A DNA stretch of 64,000 nucleotides, taken from the NCBI RefSeq assembly GCF_006345805.1, contig NC_042998.1, positions 83,886,001-83,950,000 on the forward strand, written 5' to 3'. Source of the DNA: Octopus sinensis (Eukaryota). Positions within the stretch are counted from its first letter, which is position 1. The number at the start of each line of letters is the position of its first letter. This document shows, one piece after another, positions 56,994 through 64,000 of the stretch. Below the pieces are notes generated by a model that saw only the letters and a program-made list of their open reading frames with translations, was not told the DNA's origin and searched no databases. Made by a program: the position numbers and the translations under genes.

Positions 56994-57001
<8 letters not shown>
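56835..57001. repeat. Perfect 51-bp inverted repeat with a 65-bp spacer
   Basis: 56835-56885 is the exact reverse complement of 56951-57001. Confidence 0.95.
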
Positions 57002-57030
<29 letters not shown>

Positions 57031-57031
57031 C

Positions 57032-57064
<33 letters not shown>

Positions 57065-57150
57065 CATACACATACATATATATATATATACATACATACA
57101 TATATATATACATATATACATACATACATACATACACATACATACATACA

Positions 57151-57184
<34 letters not shown>

Positions 57185-57584
57185 CCGGTGTGTGTGTGTG
57201 TGTGTGTGTGCGTGCGTGCGTGCACGGTCATTCATACAAGCATGATGCATACATAGATATATACATACATACATAGAGACACGCATACACACACATATAG
57301 GCATAATTAATCTCGCAAGTATAAACACGTTCGATTTCTCAGCTTCTACTAACTTAAAATTGAGGAACCTCTCCCATTTTTGTTCAAGATATATTTTTAC
57401 ACCCCTACTACACAGTTTGCTTATAAATCATTCACCTTGTCTACACTTAGGTAAACCGAAGAACATAAAATATGTAATACCGTCCGTATACAAATCGAAT
57501 TACGATAATATAATTTTGAAATGGGAACGCATGCTTCTATGTAATTTGTATCAGTTCGGTATCTCAACAATTTTGCCATTCAAG

Positions 57585-57652
57585 GGCGGTGCCCCAGCAT
57601 GGCCTCAGCCGGATGGCTGAAACAAGTAAAAGAGTAAAAGAGTAAAAGAGTA
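57585..57652 (+). mobile_element. Isolated LINE/SINE 3' terminus with stem-loop and (AAGAGTAA)n tail
   Basis: ggcggtgccccagcatggcct-cagcc[ggat]ggctg-aaacaagtaaaagagt... Confidence 0.8.
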
Positions 57653-57879
57653 TTTCCTGACTCCATATCGGACAGTGAAGAGTTGATCTGAAGCAACAAC
57701 AAAATATTATACACGATTTGGGAGAAGTTGGTAACAACTAAGGCAGCAATAGACACTATACTTTCTCATTTCTCGGGCATTGCAATGGGGTAGATACCAT
57801 AGTACATACATACATACATACACACACACAGACACACACACATACATACATACATACATACATACGCACACAGAAACAG

Positions 57880-57910
<31 letters not shown>

Positions 57911-58974
57911 TATATAGTGAACTATTCCCCGATGGTAAGATAAAAAATGTGCTCCATCTGGCGGGAAATAAATATTATTTAATAAACGCAGTATATATTA
58001 TTATTACTTACCACTTTATACGTTGTTTTGATCACATGAAACTATTAGTAGCTCATAAAAATATATATTGTGTTTATCAAATAACATATATATATACACA
58101 TATATATATAGTGAGAATTTACAAAAAAAAAAAAAAAAAAGACGAAGACGGGTGTGTAAACAACAAACGCTCGGGAAGGGAGAAATTCTATTACGTTTCG
58201 AGAAGAAGGTGGTAAAAATAGTACTCGAATATCAAAGATAGAGTAATAAACTTTTTGTTAAAGCTGCAAAATTATCACAGAACTGTTTCTCAGAGTTTCA
58301 CGTTCCTGTTCGTCGGACAGTTGTAATATATATATATAATTGCTTTGAGAAAGAATATGATTGATCAGAGATTCTCTCACAAAGTTAAGGTTTGCACTAA
58401 GAAGTACTCAAGAGGAACTTGAGACAAAAAATACAATATGAAGAAACGTAAGATCAGGTAATTTAATCTATAAACATAACTTCAATTTTATTACTTACCC
58501 GTATATATATAGGTAAGTAATAAAAGCTAATAAATGTACTAAGAAGATTTATAGCCCACAACTGATCTCATCATAATAATTAACCTCCTCTATTATTGTT
58601 TAATTGTGTGTCTTTTACATATTTTAGTCAAGAGAAGAATAAGCGGGCGGGGAGCAGGAAGACAAGCAGCAAGGGAAGAAGAGGAAGGAGGAACAGGAGA
58701 ACGAGGGCGACGACAAAGTGGACAACGGCGAGAAAGAGAGATGCCTATACTGTAGCAAGCCCTTCCAGGCGTGTGAGATGAGTTGAACCCTTCGTTCCCT
58801 TTGCAACGTTGGCCATCGTCGACTTTTCTCCGCTTTTCACGACTCTCGGCTATCTTCCTCCCCAGGTCTTATCGGTTTTGAATTGTCATCAATACTTCTG
58901 TAACTTTGCTTTTTTCTAGGTAGGAGTGTTAGCCCTACCCAAAATCATTTTTACCTCTAGGAAGAGGTGCTCCA

Positions 58975-59100
58975 TGTTAGTCTTCTCTCTATCCTTTGAC
59001 CTGTTCACTCTGGGAGGCCTTACAAGAAGCTTGCACTACGCTGGTACAGCTCTCAGAATCATTGAGGCACACAAACCTCCATACCGCAACAAGGACTGGA
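58975..59100 (-). mobile_element. Possible RTE-clade LINE 5' UTR relic
   Basis: ggtttgtgtgcctcaatgattctgagagct...cctcccagagtgaacaggtcaaagg resembles RTE/Rex3-type 5' ends (from recall, unverified). Confidence 0.4.
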
Positions 59101-59289
59101 CATTGTGTTGAAAACTAGCGAGATGGATGGGACCTGAACAGATTGATCGAGTCTTGACATCTGCAGCAGGAAGAGCGAAAGCGAGGAACAGACTGGTGTC
59201 CCTATTCGAATATTAACTTTCAACGGAATGAGTTTGGCTAAAAGCACCACAGACCCAGTCGGTTGGTTGAAACGGAGCGCTCAATTTCA

Positions 59290-59502
59290 TCCTTTCTACT
59301 GGAAGTACAAGGCCTCAAATTCGGGAAAAGGGATTAAGTCGATTACATCAATCCAGTATGTAACTGGTACTTATTTAATCGATCCCGAAAGAATGAAAGG
59401 CAAAGTCAATCTCAGCGGAAATTGAACTCAGAACATGAAGACGGATGAAATACTGCAAAGCATTTTGCCCGGCGTGCTAACGATTCTGCCAGCTCGCCGC
59501 CC
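59290..59502 (-). mobile_element. SINE type B
   Basis: Head ctgccagctcgccgcc (plus-strand reading) and conserved body. Confidence 0.85.
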
Positions 59503-59929
59503 TGAGCACCCAATATAATATATTCTCAAGGAAGAAACAAAATCAAAACTGATGCTTCTTATTAAATACCAGCCGACCATGTGCCGTCAAAAATGACGGC
59601 TAATTGTAATATTTTATATATAAATAAGGTATAAAATAAGGTACATAATAATCACACATACAAACATTCACATACTTCTCTTGTAAACGTACACACATAC
59701 AGACATATACTTACACAGAGTTGAAACGCTGATTTTTTTCATCCCTTCCTTATCCATCTATCACCCCTTCCTTTCTCCATTGCTATTACTTTCTCTCACT
59801 CTCTCGCAGTCAGGGCTATTACTCTTACTACTTCTCCTTCACTGAATTACTATATTCTCTCCTCTCCCTCCACTCTTACTACTCTTACTCCTACTCCGTC
59901 CTACTCCTACACTCCGTGATTTTCGACAA

Positions 59930-59984
<55 letters not shown>

Positions 59985-60025
59985 TATGTATATGTACATA
60001 TATATATATATATATGTATGTATGT

Positions 60026-60150
<125 letters not shown>

Positions 60151-60632
60151 ACTACGCTCATTATTATATTAGGAGATTCTACTGTACAACCTGTTTCAAT
60201 ATCTGTTGCTTGCCAACTACGCTTATCGATAACGGAAGGATGAAGACTAAAAGGTAGTATTGTTACAGTTTGAACTCAGGACGTTAAAAAAGACGAAACT
60301 AGATATTTTACTGCACTTATTGTTGTGTACCAATTGATTTATCCATCCTCCTTGAACAAATATTATTGATTTATATTAATTATAAATGAAAACTTAGGAA
60401 AACACAATAAATTGGCACCTTGATAGACATAATTCAATATCTGCAGAAATATGCGATTTTATATGATTCGAGAGTAAGAAAAATAAATATCAGTTTAATG
60501 TGTCCGCCATTGTATAACGTAAAACATTAAAAGTTACAATAGTTCGTGTGATAACGAGCGAGTCTGGTTGTGCAACATTTGGAATATAATAACATAATGA
60601 ATTGTGCTTAGCAATTAACTACACACACATAC

Positions 60633-60876
60633 AGTAAATTTGACAGTGGCAAGTCCAGGGTTTGGAACAAGGAAAGATGAGTCATAGAAACGTATTGTAA
60701 AGTATATATATCTAGTAGATTCTGTACCATCTTTGCTAAATCCAGTGCTCCAGTAGATATAATTATTTTTTCTACAGCAATTCCCTTCAAAATGAAATGA
60801 CCGTGAAGTATTGATTGTCAAAAGAAGAATATTGTATAAGCACGTTTCGTATCTGATAATACCTAAATACCATACT
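60633..60876 (-). CDS. Candidate internal exon (244 nt): VWYLGIIRYETCLYNILLLTINTSRSFHFEGNCCRKNNYIYWSTGFSKDGTESTRYIYFTIRFYDSSFLVPNPGLATVKFT
   Basis: Acceptor cttacttttctttgtag| and donor act|gtatgt; 81 open codons in AT-rich non-repeat DNA; no family recognised. Confidence 0.55.
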
Positions 60877-61031
60877 CTACAAAGAAAAGTAAGATTATAA
60901 CAATACCGAACAGCTGAAATTCTGCTAAATCAATAAAGTGCGTTGACCAAAGCAGAAACAGCAGTATTTAAATGGTTGCATATGAGAGGTATCTTTGAAT
61001 AGAAAACAAACTTTCGCGAGGCGAGAAGTAC

Positions 61032-61222
61032 CTTAATATGATCAAATGCAATGGGATACTCAAAAGTAAACTTAAAGACAAAGCTTGCTGTAATATAATT
61101 TCCACATTACAGAGTGTGTGTTTATATGTACATGAAGGTAACTGCTTGAATACTTGTATAAGCGTGCGCATCTGTATTTTTCCATTTGAGAGTAATTCCT
61201 GGTTAGCCGATAAATAGAACAT
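61032..61222 (-). CDS. Candidate exon (191 nt), phase-compatible with 60633-60876
   Basis: gcatttctag|atg... and ...ttaag|gtactt; ends in AG, completed by A of the next exon (AGA, Arg). Confidence 0.35.
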
Positions 61223-62324
61223 CTAGAAATGCACATGAAGCCTAAAATTACAAGAAGATTCGGCAGCGTAATAAAACTGGAATAAATTTATTTATCCTGT
61301 GCTTCATAAGAGCAATGAAATCCACTCAGAAAATTTAGATTTGCCACCCATGAACTGGTCGCCGAATCCAATGTATGTTGGATCATTTTTCATACATTGG
61401 TCTGTTGCGTGAGTGTGTGCGTTGTGTATGTGTGTGTGTGTGTGTATGTGAGATAAATTACAACTAAAGTTTATAGGAAAAAAAAACTCAATACTTATAT
61501 TAAAGTCAAAGTTTTATATCTATTGGAGTAACTCTGACTTCAAGTAGTACTCTCATTGCTCATCCAAATACTGATTGAACCCTAGAACCCTAGAAAAAGG
61601 CAAAATTTGAAAACCCAATTAACCCAATATTTGCGCGCGTGCGTATGTGCGTACGTGCGTGTGTGTTAGACATTTTCCCCATCAGCTTTCGACATCCCAA
61701 TGATTTCAGCGCTCTCTGATAGTAGTGATCTACACCGAGGCTACCAGGAAAGTTCCGGCTTATTCTGATGAACAGTTCAGCAAGTTCTTCTTTTTTTAAC
61801 TCAGTCTTCTATACACCTATCACAACAATCTGCGTACAACTACAATCACTTCATCTATGCCTTACTGTCAGATTATTTCTTTCTCTCACATGTATCCACT
61901 TTATCTGTAATAAAGCATTTTCTCTTCTCGCTCTGGTCATTTATTGGACCAATCACGGTGAGGTACGACGTAGCAGATCTATTTACAAGTCCATGACAAC
62001 CTATTTCTACTGAACTTATTTAAAATTCAATATATCAAACCTGCATGCCATTAGTTCAGCTCCAGTATGGATTAAGTTTAACGTCTTTTACATTATAACA
62101 CTCAAAGTTGTGTGTTACTTTATTGCTGAAAGTACATCCATCAAGTAGCGTTAGATTTAATCGACTAAACGTCTCACATTTTTTCTTGCTTGATTTTTAT
62201 TTTTATTTATTTAATTTTTTTATTTTTTGCCAAGTCCAACTGAGGTCAGCTTAGTCTTTAATCCTGTCCGAGGTCGATAAAATAAAGTACTAGTCAAGCG
62301 CCGACGTTATTGAGTAAACACTCA

Positions 62325-62723
62325 AAGCGGCGAGCTGGCAGAAACGTTAGCACGCTGGGCGAAATGCTTTGCGGCATTTCGTCTGCCGCTACATTCTGAG
62401 TTCAAATTCCGCCGAGGTCGACTTTGCCTTTCATCATTTCGGGGTCGATTAAATAAGTACCAGTTACGCACTGGGATCGATGTAATCGACTTAATCTGTT
62501 TGTCTGTCTTTGTTTGTCTCCTCTATGTTTAGCCCCTTGTGGGTAGTAATGAAATAGGTATTTCGTCTGTCGCTACGTTCTGAGTTCAAATTCCGCCGAG
62601 GTCGACTTTGCCTTTCATCCTTTCGGGGTCGATAAATTAAGTGCCAGTTACGTACTGGGGTCGTTCTAATCAACTGGTCCCTCCCCCAAAATTTTTCGGG
62701 CCTTGTGCCTAGAGTAGAAAAGG
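62325..62723 (+). mobile_element. Dimeric SINE type B
   Basis: Junction gaaatagg|tatttcgtctg; TSD ttattgag(t/c)aaacactc. Confidence 0.92.
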
Positions 62724-62775
62724 TTATTGAGCAAACACTCCATTCAAAATTGCTGGTCCCAAAATTAGAAACAAC

Positions 62776-62837
<62 letters not shown>

Positions 62838-62842
<5 letters not shown>

Positions 62843-63057
62843 TAGTTTTATTTTTATAGCGAGTTTTCACTTCGCTACCAGGACTTACAAATACATACAG
62901 AAAATTGCACTACTGGGCACTGCACACATTCTACGCAAAACACTTTCAATACAGTAACCATAAAAGCATCACAGCAAACCACAGCACATACCCAAGGCAC
63001 ACAGAACAGCACTCGATAGTGTAGTGAAAGCAGGCTATAAAAATAAAACTACTGAAT
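62838..63057. mobile_element. Head-to-head fusion of two Dong 3' ends between (ATT)n and (AAT)n
   Basis: 62878-63057 matches the 3' end of the 21604-25560 element (QKIALLGTAHILRK); 62838-62879 is an inverted copy of the terminal ~42 nt. Confidence 0.88.
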
Positions 63058-63318
63058 AATAATAATATTACTATTATTATTTACTCAAAAGATATTACAT
63101 GCTAATTGAATTAGCTAGGATGTTATCTTGAGGTTTGTTGACAAGTCTCCTCAAATCTTAAAGATCTTTCTTTTCTGCTCGTCGACAATGCGTGTCTGAA
63201 TTCGAATACCCTTCAAACTTGAAGGCAGTAGTTGGAGTGTTGTTTGAAGTGCATAAATTTCCACAGGGACAATTGACACCTTTGTCTTCTACAATCTCTT
63301 CATTTCTCATCAAATGCT

Positions 63319-63422
63319 CTCTCTCTCTCTCTCTCCTCTCTCTCCTCTCTCTCTCTCTCTCCTCTCTCTCTCCTCTCTCTCTCTCTCTTCTCTTCTCTCT
63401 CTCTCTCTTCTCTCTCTCTCTC
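63319..63422. repeat. (CT)n microsatellite
   Basis: Direct reading. Confidence 0.95.
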
Positions 63423-63799
63423 TGAATTATTATTGTTGTTGTTGTTGTAATGGTGGGGTAGTTGTAATATTTTGTTACTAAATCTAATACATCTACATTC
63501 ATCATCATCATCATCATCATCAATGTAATCGTCATCCCGAGGCGAAAATTATTGAAACGTAAATCTTGAAACCAAACAAATCAATTAATTAACTAATTAT
63601 AAAATAGTGTAAGAATGTTATAATACGGTAGTAAGTATTCTTTCTAAGCATGTGTGCGTGTGCATAAGTGTGTATGCATATGTGTGTGTGTGTGCATGTG
63701 TGTACAGGTATTGTACAGGTATTTAACGGTTATTATAATTAGCATTATCGGGTATTGAATATATATAATTTATAGAAAATAGGAATGGTGTTCAATGCG

Positions 63800-63857
<58 letters not shown>

Positions 63858-64000
63858 GGAGAGAGGTGGCTATTGCAGTCAAGCGTGACAGTATGATCAA
63901 GAATTATTATTTCAGTCATACATACACACATACATACATACATACATACATACATACATACGAACAACTTTTGTGGGTATAAAGAAATAAAAACGAGTTG

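Noticed and set aside
58185-58250. Minus-strand ctcgaaacgta with partial stems
   Set aside because: The core is too degenerate to call.
58628-58790. Purine-rich segment reading EEQENEGDDKVDNGEKERCLYCSKPF
   Set aside because: An in-frame stop lies just upstream and the Cys motif is incomplete; at most a transposase relic.
61570-61592. aaccctag twice, telomere-like
   Set aside because: Two imperfect units only; chance level.
63158-63310. MRNEEIVEDKGVNCPCGNLCTS... on the minus strand
   Set aside because: It starts from a (GA)n tract with no splice signals; short and unsupported.

Overview
AT-rich, microsatellite-saturated animal genomic DNA, most likely an octopus or other coleoid cephalopod (inferred from SINE types and repeat density, not from a database match). 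There are no rRNA, true tRNA or CRISPR features, and most ORFs in the track are microsatellite read-through. The window is mostly transposon debris: a near-complete R4/Dong-type RLE LINE, an older RLE LINE family, a CR1/L2-type LINE, a Penelope-like element (RT + GIY-YIG), a Gypsy gag-protease relic, two mariners, a hAT-like relic, a Helitron-like element, MITE/foldback hairpins and many tRNA-derived SINEs. A few exons on the minus strand (one transmembrane exon, one or two upstream candidates) suggest much of the window is intronic to an unidentified single-pass membrane protein gene. Main discoveries, all read by eye and needing computational and experimental checks: (1) a set of type I hammerhead ribozyme motifs, including two foldback repeat families whose cores read GUGAACA and UUGAAAA instead of CUGANGA, so the 3:8 tertiary pair covaries (C:G, G:C, U:A) and standard searches would miss them; (2) an RLE LINE family whose three copies all sit in (CATA)n in the same orientation; (3) a head-to-head fusion of two Dong 3' ends; (4) a SINE/LINE shared 3' stem-loop with compensatory changes.
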